The position numbers were made by a program, and so were the translations under genes. Under the pieces are notes generated by a model. It was not told where the DNA came from. It searched no databases and saw nothing but the letters and a program-made list of their open reading frames with translations. This document shows, piece by piece, positions 19,440 to 29,928 of a stretch of DNA of 64,000 nt (position 1 is its first letter; every line of letters starts with the position of its first letter). The DNA is from Candidatus Cloacimonadota bacterium (GTDB lineage: Bacteria; Cloacimonadota; Cloacimonadia; JGIOTU-2), in NCBI GenBank assembly GCA_034722995.1, contig JAYEOL010000022.1:4859-68858 (forward strand), read 5' to 3'.

Positions 19440-21252
19440 AAGTTATGTAATAGTTGTATTTTCTCTGTCCACCATAATATTTTTCAAATTCAATACCATT
19501 AAATTTTGATTTTAAAATAGGTAAGAAATTATTATCAATTATTTTAATTTTACCTTTATACAAAGTTATCAAAGACTCATTCTTTTTTATCTTATTAATA
19601 GATTGAATAATTGCATCAATAATTTTTGTTCCTGAAAGAATGATTTTATTTTGACAGATTGTAAAATAATCACCTTTATTAACAAAGAAGTCATTTTCTT
19701 CAAAATTTCTTGTTGCACGAGCAATTTTACAATGTTTGATATTATTAAGATTACTTCTCATTATTTTTGCATTATTAATAATATCAATTGTATTTGAATA
19801 ATTATACATCATACTTATGGTTTGTATAATATCCTTTGTTTCAATGAGTTCAACATTATTTTTAGCGAATGTTATAGCGGATTTAATTGATGGCAAGATG
19901 TCTTTATCATCACAAGCAATAATAACATTTTTTGCTCTTGTTTTCAATAAGGCATTTTGTATATGATTAACAGAAGGTTTAGTTTTATTGTAATTAAGGA
20001 TATCTGTTGCTCCCAAGCCTGTTAATATTTTTGCAAAGCCATCACCATTTACGATAATCAGCACGGCTTTGTCTTTGTCATAATAAGCTTTATCTTCAGA
20101 TATTAGATTGCGGTGTTGTTTTTTCATATCATCTATTTTTGTTGAGGAGATTTCTCCGTAATCAGAACACTGTTTTAGTAAGACTTTTGGCTTATTTGTA
20201 TGGATATGAATTTTATAATGATTTTTATCTTGAATAATAATAAGGCTGTCACCAATACTTTCTAATTTTCTCTGTAAATTATTCTTAGTAATTCTATCGG
20301 ATACCAAGATAAATTCTGTGCAATATCTGTAAACTAAATCTGGATTCCATGATTCAGATAAAGCATTACTTTTTTGTATAATATTTTGTTTGATTGATTT
20401 ATCGTCTTTTTGCAGAAGGTTATTAGCCTGTTTCAATATATTGGCAAGTGATAAGTTATTGATGTTTTTGGTGGGAAAACTCATAAGTATGGTTTTGATG
20501 ATGTTACTTTTTTTTCTATGTTTATTTTTCAGAAAGATTGATTTCATATATCTATTTATCATAAGGATATTTGAGATATTTGCAAGAGGTTTAATTATTG
20601 TCCCATTATACTCCATACCAATAAACATTCCTTTTAGAATTATAAGAAAACCTAATGCTCCGGAGTCAACAACCCCTGCTTTTTTCAGAATTGGCAACAT
20701 TTCAGGAGTTTTACTCAATGTATCTTCCATGATAGGTAGTATAGTTCTAATAATACCAATTGGGTCTTTGTCATCGGAAGAAAGATTAGAAAAGGAATCC
20801 GAAAACACTCTCATCATAGTAAGGATTGTGCCTTCTTTTGGGTTAGTTGTTTCCCTGTAAGCTAATCTATAGGCATTTTTTAAAGCTGAAGCCACATCGC
20901 TGTTAAGTATATCATTTGAATTTTTTATGGTCTGGAGTTTTTCTGTTATACCTTTAATAAAGAGTGCTAAAATAACCCCAGAACAACCCCTACTATTGAG
21001 AATTGTGTTATTTGCAAATATCTGTAGATATTGAATTATAGATAATTTTTTTAGATTATATTTCTTTAAATCATTTAAAGGACTCTGAAGTGTAAGATAC
21101 ATATTCAAGCCAGTATCGCCATCAGGAACGGGAAATACATTGAGATTATTAATAGCATTCTTCTTTATGGAAAGAAAGTAGAAACCATCACGAATAATCT
21201 TGTCTAATTGACTTGTTGTTAAAACATTTTCTTTTGATATTTTTTTTGCCAT
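19432..21252 (-). CDS. yloV: DAK2-domain fusion protein YloV
   Basis: FPVPDGDTGLNM DAK2 signature; 606 aa; adjacent to degV as in Firmicutes. Confidence 0.8.
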   Translation of the reverse strand: MAKKISKENVLTTSQLDKIIRDGFYFLSIKKNAINNLNVFPVPDGDTGLNMYLTLQSPLNDLKKYNLKKLSIIQYLQIFANNTILNSRGCSGVILALFIKGITEKLQTIKNSNDILNSDVASALKNAYRLAYRETTNPKEGTILTMMRVFSDSFSNLSSDDKDPIGIIRTILPIMEDTLSKTPEMLPILKKAGVVDSGALGFLIILKGMFIGMEYNGTIIKPLANISNILMINRYMKSIFLKNKHRKKSNIIKTILMSFPTKNINNLSLANILKQANNLLQKDDKSIKQNIIQKSNALSESWNPDLVYRYCTEFILVSDRITKNNLQRKLESIGDSLIIIQDKNHYKIHIHTNKPKVLLKQCSDYGEISSTKIDDMKKQHRNLISEDKAYYDKDKAVLIIVNGDGFAKILTGLGATDILNYNKTKPSVNHIQNALLKTRAKNVIIACDDKDILPSIKSAITFAKNNVELIETKDIIQTISMMYNYSNTIDIINNAKIMRSNLNNIKHCKIARATRNFEENDFFVNKGDYFTICQNKIILSGTKIIDAIIQSINKIKKNESLITLYKGKIKIIDNNFLPILKSKFNGIEFEKYYGGQRKYNYYITFE

Positions 21253-21316
21253 AGAATATTTATGGAAAACTAAGATTTAATTCATTATTAAATTACATTT
21301 GAATTTGAAAACTGAA

Positions 21317-22669
21317 TCAGTGCTTTTCAATTCCTAATTCCTTTATTTTTCGTGATAGATTTGATTGCTGAAGGGATAATTTTTTCGCAGTAATGCTTAT
21401 ATTCCAATTGAATTTTTCTAATTGCTTTTTTAAATAATAGACTTCAAATTCAGCTCTCGCTTTAGAATAAGATTTTGTTTCAAAAAATGGAGGATTCGAA
21501 TTTTTTGTTTTATAATTAATAATATGCGGTTTAACATCATCTTCTGTAATTGTATTTTCGCTTGTTAAGATGTATAATCTTTCAACCAAATTTTTTAATT
21601 CTCGTACATTACCGGGAAAACTATAATTCTGCAAGATTTTCATTGCTGAGCTTGAAGGCTTTTTGGGATGAACTTTTAGTTCTGCTGCAAAATAGTCAAG
21701 ATAATAATTTAATAGGACAGCGATATCGGTTTTTCTTTCTCTTAATGGGGGAATTATAATTGGGATTACATTCAATCTATAGAACAGGTCTTCGCGGAAT
21801 TCTCCTGATTCAATCATATTCTCAAGATTTTTATTTGTAGCAGCTAAGATTCTAACATCAATACTTATGGTTTTATTGCTTCCGACTCGTTCAAATTTGC
21901 CTTCTTGGATTACTCGTAGAATTTTTGCCTGTGCGTTAAGATTCATATCGCCAATTTCATCTAAAAACAGAGTTCCTTCATCAGCAATTTCAAGTTTACC
22001 AAATTTTTGCTTATTAGCTCCAGTAAATGCTCCTTTTTCATATCCAAAAAGTTCACTTTCTACGAGTTCATTTGGGATTGCAGCAGAATTAAATTTTACA
22101 AATAGAGTATTTTTTCTTGCACTTTTATTATGAATAGCAAATGCAACAAGCTCTTTTCCAGTACCGCTTTCTCCTCTGATTAGAACCTTACTGTCAGTGG
22201 CACTAACTTTGTTAATCATATCTCGTATTTTATAAAATTCTGCAGAAACACCTATCATTCTGTATTGTGATTCTAAATCCTTGGATTCCTGCTGGAATTT
22301 TTGGAATAGTTTTCTCTTTTCAGCTATATTTTTTGCTGAGATAACAATCTTATGTAAAGAAAGTGGTTTTTCTAAGAAGTCATAAGCACCCATTTTTACT
22401 GCTTGAACAGCAATCTTAATTGTGCTATGTCCGGAAATCATAATTACATCAATACCAGGAAAATCTTTTTTAATCAGTTTTAAAACTTCTATGCCGTCCA
22501 TTCCTGGTAGTTTTACATCAAGAAGCATTAAATCTATAATTTCTTTTGATAATATATTTAATGCGTTTTCGCCACTTTCAGTTGTAATGACTTTATAATG
22601 CTCGTCTTCTAAAATATTTGTAAGTGTTCGGCGAATATTTTTTTCGTCGTCAACGACTAATATGTTCAT
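21317..22669 (-). CDS. Sigma-54-dependent response regulator (NtrC family)
   Basis: Receiver domain (D..DVKLPGMDG), AAA+ GESGTGKE with sigma-54 interaction region, C-terminal HTH. Confidence 0.85.
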   Translation of the reverse strand: MNILVVDDEKNIRRTLTNILEDEHYKVITTESGENALNILSKEIIDLMLLDVKLPGMDGIEVLKLIKKDFPGIDVIMISGHSTIKIAVQAVKMGAYDFLEKPLSLHKIVISAKNIAEKRKLFQKFQQESKDLESQYRMIGVSAEFYKIRDMINKVSATDSKVLIRGESGTGKELVAFAIHNKSARKNTLFVKFNSAAIPNELVESELFGYEKGAFTGANKQKFGKLEIADEGTLFLDEIGDMNLNAQAKILRVIQEGKFERVGSNKTISIDVRILAATNKNLENMIESGEFREDLFYRLNVIPIIIPPLRERKTDIAVLLNYYLDYFAAELKVHPKKPSSSAMKILQNYSFPGNVRELKNLVERLYILTSENTITEDDVKPHIINYKTKNSNPPFFETKSYSKARAEFEVYYLKKQLEKFNWNISITAKKLSLQQSNLSRKIKELGIEKH

Positions 22670-22794
22670 TGATTACCTCGCTATTTTTGCCACAAAGACC
22701 CAATCCCAGCGGATGCAGGGACAGAAAGATTTTATATTTGGATTTTCAATCTCCAGATTGAGAATAGCCCTTTTCTGGAGAAAAGGACTCCATA

Positions 22795-24870
22795 CTAAAA
22801 AGTATAGCTAACTTTCATATAAGTTTGTTTATACCCAGTTTCTACTTTATTATCAATTTCGTTGGACACAGTTTTATAGCCCAAATACAAATTACAATAC
22901 TTTTTAAATTCCCAGCGGAAATTTGTGAAGAAGCCAAAATGCATTGTTTGGTCTTCAGATTCATAATTATTAAACCGCAAACCATTTGTTAAAGATAGAT
23001 TATTGGATAGGTTTATATTTAAACTTCCATTACCAATCCAATAATCGTCATCCAATCCTAATGAATCTGCATTTTTAGGGAAATCATAATAGATTCTTTT
23101 GGAGAGATTCAGGCTATATGAAGCATATTTGCTGATGTCTCCCCATAAACCAAAATCAAGTCCAGTGCTGTTATAGGTTCTGCTCAAGTCGTAGACCAGA
23201 GATTTCCATTTCCCGATAGAGAAGCTACAACCTAACCAATTAAGTTTATTCCATGAACCACCAGTGGAAAATTGATGCCATTTATAGATTTCGTTTTCAT
23301 AACCTTCTCTTCCTAAGTTAAAATTAGTCCAACAATTTATTTTCTGTGGAGTATTTAACCAGAAATTTATTCCTCCATTGTGTTCAAGCAAATTATCAGT
23401 TTTATTTTCCATTGCTTTATGCCACCAGAAGGACAAACCATATTCTTTAAGATATTTCTTATTGGGTTTAGTGTCATACCATGCATTTAGGTTATAAGCA
23501 TATAAATCAGTAACATTTATCCATCCCATATCAGCTGTATAGTTCTTGCTAACTTTAGCAAAACAAGTTGACCAACCAATATCTCCTTCATATCCATTAT
23601 AGCCAAAAAGACTATAATAGCCTTTATTACTTATTTTTGCAGAATCTTTTAATGAAAGATTGACTTCCGCCCACAAAGAATGATTTTTAATAAATTCCCA
23701 GTTCGGCTGAATATGAAGTACTTCATTGTGATAATCATTGTTCATTCTACTAAGCAGAGTGAGTTGAAGGCTGGCATTCTCACCTTTTTGTTTATATGCT
23801 GCCATATTGTATAAATCATCAGGATTTGTAATCTCTCCATTTGTTGTTATCTTCTTATCTAAAGCAGAAAGGAAACCATACGAATAGTGTTCTGCATTGC
23901 CAGTAATTTTGAAAGCGTATCTTGGTTGCATAATATGTCTGGAATAAAAAATTGTTTCACTACTATTATTTCCAATGCCAAAGACATTCAGATCTTCAAT
24001 GAAAAAATAGCGATTTTCCTCATAGGTGGGTGCATATCGCATATTATAGATATCCTCTTCGGTATCCATTGGAATATCAGAATAATCTGGGTTTATACTT
24101 AATTTTACTTTCGTAGAAAAATTTGGATTAAAGGAAAAGTCCAGACCAACATTATCCGCGTCAAATGAAGCAGTTTTCTCTATCATATTATACTTTGTTA
24201 TTAAATATGGTCTGAAACGATAATTTCTACTCTTTTCAATTCCTTCGTTTATTGTAATATCCTTTGCTTTTCTGAAATAATCCTTTTTCATTTTTGTAGT
24301 TAGATGAGGAATGGAATAATAAAAGTCATTTACATATTGATAACGCGTAAGAATGACTTTCCAATTATGTGGAGGATTGCCACAGAAACGCAAATCTCTG
24401 AAGGGAATAGTCATCAAGCATTTCCAGAGATTGTCAGAAATATCATTTTCATATTCATAAGAACTATTCCAATCAGAATCAATATCCATATCTGATTTAC
24501 GAATTCCGTCATTTTTGCTTCCCAAAGGATAGGCAAAATACATATAAGCATAATAACTTTTTATATCTGTAATAATTTGGAGGCGGAAGAGATCTGCATC
24601 TATCCAGGTGTCATTTGCAGCAAAAGTTCCTTTTACAAATTTCTCATCAATTTCTGCTTCCCATAGAACATATAGATTCTTCCCATTATGCCAGAGCCAG
24701 ACATCGGTTGCAAGCGGACAGGTGAGTGAGTCATCAGGACTAACACGGACAAACTCGGACAGGTGATTGTTTTCAGTTTTTATTTCGTTTTCTGAAAATG
24801 GGATTGAAAATCCGTATAAATACATTGAAATTACTACAATAAAACTCAAAATGCAAAGATATTTTTTCAC
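22795..24870 (-). CDS. Hypothetical outer-membrane protein, probably a beta-barrel
   Basis: Signal peptide, aromatic-rich, alternating beta-strand character, C-terminal ...YTF. Confidence 0.5.
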   Translation of the reverse strand: MKKYLCILSFIVVISMYLYGFSIPFSENEIKTENNHLSEFVRVSPDDSLTCPLATDVWLWHNGKNLYVLWEAEIDEKFVKGTFAANDTWIDADLFRLQIITDIKSYYAYMYFAYPLGSKNDGIRKSDMDIDSDWNSSYEYENDISDNLWKCLMTIPFRDLRFCGNPPHNWKVILTRYQYVNDFYYSIPHLTTKMKKDYFRKAKDITINEGIEKSRNYRFRPYLITKYNMIEKTASFDADNVGLDFSFNPNFSTKVKLSINPDYSDIPMDTEEDIYNMRYAPTYEENRYFFIEDLNVFGIGNNSSETIFYSRHIMQPRYAFKITGNAEHYSYGFLSALDKKITTNGEITNPDDLYNMAAYKQKGENASLQLTLLSRMNNDYHNEVLHIQPNWEFIKNHSLWAEVNLSLKDSAKISNKGYYSLFGYNGYEGDIGWSTCFAKVSKNYTADMGWINVTDLYAYNLNAWYDTKPNKKYLKEYGLSFWWHKAMENKTDNLLEHNGGINFWLNTPQKINCWTNFNLGREGYENEIYKWHQFSTGGSWNKLNWLGCSFSIGKWKSLVYDLSRTYNSTGLDFGLWGDISKYASYSLNLSKRIYYDFPKNADSLGLDDDYWIGNGSLNINLSNNLSLTNGLRFNNYESEDQTMHFGFFTNFRWEFKKYCNLYLGYKTVSNEIDNKVETGYKQTYMKVSYTF

Positions 24871-25009
24871 TTGAAAATAACCTTTCTTTATTTTACTTCG
24901 GGTTTATCCGGTTTTGCTTCATTTCAACTTCACTTAAGTTACTTGGATGTCATGGACCATTCCATGACAGATTACACAACCATTCCGAATCCCCAATTGA
25001 ATTGGGAAT

Positions 25010-26173
25010 TCAACCCTTTGGAAGGAAGGTTATTGTAAATTTCGTTCCTCTTCCTTTCTCACTTTCCACCTCAATTCTGCCATTATGTTGGCTGACAATC
25101 CTTTTTACAATTGCAAGTCCAAGCCCAGTTCCTTTTTCTCTTTTTGTAAAATATGGTCGGAAAATTCTATTGATATCCTCATCCTTTATTCCTTCTCCAT
25201 TATCTTCTATTGTGATGATGAATTTTGGGGATTCATATTTTGTAATAATTGATATTGCACCATCGCTACCCTTGATTGATTGAATTGCGTTTTGAATCAA
25301 GTTTACAGATACCTGTTTCATCTGCATCTTATCACCATAAAACTTTGGCAGATTTCCGTCTAAGTCAAGTTGGATGTTTACCTTACTCTCATAAGGAGTT
25401 ACAATTTCTTTAATCTGGTCATTCAGATTATAATGGATAAAATTGGCAGAAGGCATTCTGGCAAATTTTGAAAACTCTTGCACTAAAGTTTGGAGATTAT
25501 CTATTTCGTCATTTATAATTTCAATTGAATCCGAGAAAACTTTATCAAAGTCAGAATTTTTATTATAATATTTCTGTTCTAATCTTTGAGCAGATAATCG
25601 CAGCGGAGTGAGTGGATTTTTGATTTCATGAGCTATAACTTGAGCCATTTCACGCCACATCATATCTTTTTCCGCTTGGATTAGTTTATCGCGGCTTGCT
25701 TCTAATTCACTGATTCTTCTATTGAAGGTAACAATTAATTTGTTAATTGGAGAATATTTGCTTTCTTTAGCTCTGGCACTCAAATCACCTTTTGCTACTT
25801 TTTCTGTCATTTCTTGCAACCGACTTAGAGGTCTGGTTATCATGCTGGTAAAAATCATAAATATAGCAAAAACTACCAGGACGATAAAAATAACAATAGA
25901 TATAGAATATATTTTTATGTTTTTTTCAAAATGATCGGCAGCTAATTGTATTTGATATAAATCGGAAAGAGCCGGTTCAACTTCTTCTTTTTTTACAACA
26001 TCTTTGTGTTTATTATAAATATTACGGATCTTTTGTTCCAGTTCAATGGCTTTGATATCATTAACATATCCTCGAAATTCGTTAATAAAAAAATTTCTTG
26101 TAAAAATCGCAAAAGCTGAAAATAGTATAAGAAAAATTATTAGTATTTGAATTCTGAAAGAAGGTAATTTCAT
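25010..26173 (-). CDS. Sensor histidine kinase (TM, HAMP, HisKA, HATPase_c)
   Basis: H-box AHEIKNPLTPL, N-box, DNGEGI, GTGLGLAIVKRIV. Confidence 0.85.
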   Translation of the reverse strand: MKLPSFRIQILIIFLILFSAFAIFTRNFFINEFRGYVNDIKAIELEQKIRNIYNKHKDVVKKEEVEPALSDLYQIQLAADHFEKNIKIYSISIVIFIVLVVFAIFMIFTSMITRPLSRLQEMTEKVAKGDLSARAKESKYSPINKLIVTFNRRISELEASRDKLIQAEKDMMWREMAQVIAHEIKNPLTPLRLSAQRLEQKYYNKNSDFDKVFSDSIEIINDEIDNLQTLVQEFSKFARMPSANFIHYNLNDQIKEIVTPYESKVNIQLDLDGNLPKFYGDKMQMKQVSVNLIQNAIQSIKGSDGAISIITKYESPKFIITIEDNGEGIKDEDINRIFRPYFTKREKGTGLGLAIVKRIVSQHNGRIEVESEKGRGTKFTITFLPKG

Positions 26174-26742
26174 GATTTTAATATAGATTTCTCAAATACT
26201 TTTGATTTGCAGGAAGCCTTTTTATTATTCCAATATATCATCAAATCAATATTTTTTTTCAGAGCATTTAAATATATAGGTTCCATTGAAGCAGTTAATT
26301 TTATGTAATACTTTCTACCTAATTCCAAAAGGTCAGTTTTAATAACTTCAAATTCTTCTATTTTTGCAAGTTTTGTTTTTGATTCAGTAATATCTTCTGA
26401 GATAATATCATCATCCTTTTCAGAAAGATATATTTCAAAATATTGATCAACAAGGTCGTATTTAATGTGGTGATAGAAGTTCTTTTCATCAATTGGTTCT
26501 TTATTACCTTTTTCAAAAGTCTGGATTACAAAATTTATCCTGATTATCTCACCAGATAGAAAAATTTTATCCAATTCTTCATTAAAGCAATTAGAAAGAG
26601 TTGCTGAGCATACAATTTTATTGTCATATCTGATTATTTCAACATCTTTAAAAACAGCATTTGTACCTGTTACTGATGATAGAAATAGAGAGCCAGCAGC
26701 AACGATTAATGAGGTTATTTTTTGTGTTATTGCACTTAGCAT
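26170..26742 (-). CDS. Hypothetical periplasmic protein, probably co-transcribed with the histidine kinase
   Basis: Signal peptide; overlaps the kinase start by 4 nt. Confidence 0.45.
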   Translation of the reverse strand: MLSAITQKITSLIVAAGSLFLSSVTGTNAVFKDVEIIRYDNKIVCSATLSNCFNEELDKIFLSGEIIRINFVIQTFEKGNKEPIDEKNFYHHIKYDLVDQYFEIYLSEKDDDIISEDITESKTKLAKIEEFEVIKTDLLELGRKYYIKLTASMEPIYLNALKKNIDLMIYWNNKKASCKSKVFEKSILKS

Positions 26743-27011
26743 AATTTATGTCTCAGATGAATTTATTACATAGATTCATTTTTCGAATTTTTTTTGGCAA
26801 GTTTTATTTTTAAAATATTAAAATATTCATGATATAAAAAAGGGAATCAAGCATTTTGCCAGTTCCCTTTTGTGGTTAATAAATTATAAAATTTGATATT
26901 AAGGGGGTATAATAGAATAAAATGTATGTTTGTTTTTCACAACTTTCCATAAGACAGTTACTTATGTATTAGATTTGAATATGTTGTTTTATTACACCCC
27001 CTAAGTAGAAG

Positions 27012-27818
27012 TTATAATTCTTTTACATTTGACTTTTCTGGTTTTATATTTGTATTTTTGATTCTACCGAGCCCAGTTGAAATATTTTTCTCTTTGAATT
27101 GGCAATCCGAAATTGAAATATTTCCAATACCTGTATCAAGATAGACATTGTGAGCTGCACAGGTAGTAGCCGAAATATTTCCAACACCTGTATCACAATC
27201 AATGCTTCGTGATATTACATCAGTCAGTCTTATATTTCCAGCACCTGTATCAATATCAATATTTTCCGCTCTTAAGTTTGACATTTTTACATTTCCGGCA
27301 CCCGTATCACCAGTTAGATTTTTTATATTGCAGTCTCTAATCTTTACATTTCCTGCGCCTGAATCAAAATTTACATCACTGCCAGTAAAATCGCTTAGCT
27401 GAAAATTGCCAGCACCAGAGTCTATTGAAATCTCAATATCATTAGGCACAGTGCCCTTTATACTTCCAATTGCAAAAGGTGCGTCGGATTTAGTCTTAGC
27501 TGTAAGTATGCCATTATCAAAAAACAAAGTAACATCGTCAGTGGTCATTTCGTAGATCTCCACTTCTAAATCGTAGATATTATTTCCTATAAGTTCAATA
27601 TTTCCGTGATGAATTTCAGCATTGAACTTTCCATAATTTTTTGAGTCTCTAATCGGGATGGTTCTTTTATTTTCTAATACAACTCCTTTGACTTTTACTT
27701 TATCGCCATACTTAAAAGATTCACCATTAATGTGAATTTCTATGCAAGCGGAAAGAGAAAAAAGAAATATAAAAAGTATGATAATAATTTTTAGCTTTAG
27801 AAATTTTGCTTTTATCAT
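27012..27818 (-). CDS. DUF4097-like lipoprotein ('putative adhesin' repeat protein)
   Basis: Lipobox LSAC. About seven D[ST]G[AV]GN[IV] repeats. Confidence 0.65.
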   Translation of the reverse strand: MIKAKFLKLKIIIILFIFLFSLSACIEIHINGESFKYGDKVKVKGVVLENKRTIPIRDSKNYGKFNAEIHHGNIELIGNNIYDLEVEIYEMTTDDVTLFFDNGILTAKTKSDAPFAIGSIKGTVPNDIEISIDSGAGNFQLSDFTGSDVNFDSGAGNVKIRDCNIKNLTGDTGAGNVKMSNLRAENIDIDTGAGNIRLTDVISRSIDCDTGVGNISATTCAAHNVYLDTGIGNISISDCQFKEKNISTGLGRIKNTNIKPEKSNVKEL

Positions 27819-27863
27819 AAGAACGCCTTAAATTTAATTCAGTATTTGAGATTACGAATTTCT

Positions 27864-29774
27864 TTAATTCTGTTTCTCCACTCTACCGCCAAGATGTCCA
27901 TGCAGAAATTTTTCCATAGCTCTGTAGAAATCAAAACGGTTTTCTTCATTCATAAATCCATGTCCTTCATTATCTTTAACCATATAAGACACTTCAATAC
28001 CCTTTTCTTCAAGTGCTTCCACTATTTGGTCTGATTCGGTTTTTGGAACTCTTGGGTCATTAGCTCCTTGTGCAATAAGGAGAGGAGCCTTGATTTTATC
28101 TACATGAAAAAGAGGGGATGCAGATTCTAATAATTCCTTATCTTTTTCAGGGTCTCCTACCATTTCATATATCATTTCAATATAAGGTTTCATATATGGC
28201 GGAAATGCTTTCATCCAGGAAAATATATTAGAAACTCCCACATAATCTACACCGCAGGCATACAAATCGGGAGTAAAAGCTAGACCTGCTAAAGTAGCGT
28301 ATCCACCATAAGAACCTCCATAGATACCAATTCGGTTCGGGTCAGCTATTCCCTTTTCTATCAGCCAGTTTACACCATCTGTAATATCATCCTGCATTGT
28401 TTTGCCCCATTGTTTGAAACTTGCTTCCCAGAATTTACGACCATATCCTGTAGAACCGCGGAAATTCATCTGTAAAACAGCATATCCACGATTTGCAAGA
28501 AACTGGACTTGCGGATTATATCCCCATCTGTCTCGTGCCCAGGGACCACCATGAGGATTTATTACAACAGGAAGATTCTTCGGTTTTACTCCTTTTGGTA
28601 ATGTTAAATAACCATTAATTGTCAATCCATCACGGGACTTATAAGTAATTGGTTTCATTACAGCCATTTCGTCTTCATTTATCCATGGACTCGTTTCAGC
28701 AAGCTTCATCAGTTCTTTTGTTTCACGATTGTAATAATAGTAAGTAGAACGTTTACGGTCGCTATAAGTAACAATCAGACATTTCATCTCATCTTTACTA
28801 AAATCATAAGTAGCAACTTCATATTCAGGTAGCAATTTCTCTAAATCATCATGTAATTGTTTTCTTTCATCATCCAAAAAATGCACCTGAGCTTTATCTG
28901 TATAATAATTAACCCCGGTAATTTTTTTACGCTTACGAGATTTCATTAATCTGCCGACATCAACTTCTGGATTTTCATATATCAATTTTCCCAGTTTTTT
29001 ATTCTCTAAATCATATTCATAAATAGCGTCTTTATCCCGACCAATATTAGAAGATACATAAAGGTTTTTATTATCAAAGGTAAAAAATAGTGGGGCAATA
29101 GTTTCTTTGAAAGAGGTTTTTTCAATAACCTGAAAGGGTTCTTTTTCCGTAGGACGGTATAATAAACTTTTGTTTACACCATCGGTAGCTATTGCAATAC
29201 GCAATTTACCATCGTGGTCTGTAACCCAATATGAAATGTTGCCTGGATTTTTAGCTATCATTTCTATTTTACCAGTATTTATATTGATACGATACACATC
29301 AAAGATTTGTGGATTGCGTTTGTTCGTAGAAATTATCATTTCTTCTTCATTATCTTCCAGGTCATCAACCATTCTAATCTTTACTTTCTCAAACGGAGTT
29401 AATACTTTCAAATTTGAGCCATCAATATCCACTGCGTATAATTTGAAAAATTCATCGCCACCTTTATCCTGTAGAAATACAATACGATTATTATTTACCC
29501 AAAAGTAATACCAGATATCCCTTTCTGTTGCGTCAGTAATTCTTGTTACTTTGTCTTCTCCGATTTTTTGAATATGAACATTCATACGATTTTCCCAGGG
29601 TTGTAGAAAAGAGATGTGCTCTCCATCAGGCGAAAGTTGAAAACTTGCTTTCTCAGGATTTCTAAAGAAGTCCTTCATAGGAATAATTATAGGTTGTCGT
29701 TCCTGAAAAGAACATCCCCAGGATACAATTATAAATAGAAAAAGTAAAGCAATTGTAACTCTTTTAATACTCAT
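27864..29774 (-). CDS. S9 family serine peptidase (prolyl oligopeptidase/acylaminoacyl-peptidase type)
   Basis: N-terminal beta-propeller region plus alpha/beta-hydrolase with GGSYGGY nucleophile; 636 aa. Confidence 0.85.
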   Translation of the reverse strand: MSIKRVTIALLFLFIIVSWGCSFQERQPIIIPMKDFFRNPEKASFQLSPDGEHISFLQPWENRMNVHIQKIGEDKVTRITDATERDIWYYFWVNNNRIVFLQDKGGDEFFKLYAVDIDGSNLKVLTPFEKVKIRMVDDLEDNEEEMIISTNKRNPQIFDVYRININTGKIEMIAKNPGNISYWVTDHDGKLRIAIATDGVNKSLLYRPTEKEPFQVIEKTSFKETIAPLFFTFDNKNLYVSSNIGRDKDAIYEYDLENKKLGKLIYENPEVDVGRLMKSRKRKKITGVNYYTDKAQVHFLDDERKQLHDDLEKLLPEYEVATYDFSKDEMKCLIVTYSDRKRSTYYYYNRETKELMKLAETSPWINEDEMAVMKPITYKSRDGLTINGYLTLPKGVKPKNLPVVINPHGGPWARDRWGYNPQVQFLANRGYAVLQMNFRGSTGYGRKFWEASFKQWGKTMQDDITDGVNWLIEKGIADPNRIGIYGGSYGGYATLAGLAFTPDLYACGVDYVGVSNIFSWMKAFPPYMKPYIEMIYEMVGDPEKDKELLESASPLFHVDKIKAPLLIAQGANDPRVPKTESDQIVEALEEKGIEVSYMVKDNEGHGFMNEENRFDFYRAMEKFLHGHLGGRVEKQN

Positions 29775-29928
29775 TTTTTCTCCTTTTTTATTTATGAGAT
29801 TAATTCAGTATGACCAAATTTTTATTGTCTATATTTTTTATAAAATAGTTTTTCACCAGTAATTATAATAAAGAAAGATAAAAGAAAGCCCCGCCAATTT
29901 TCAGACGGGGCTAATAGATTGAAGGAGC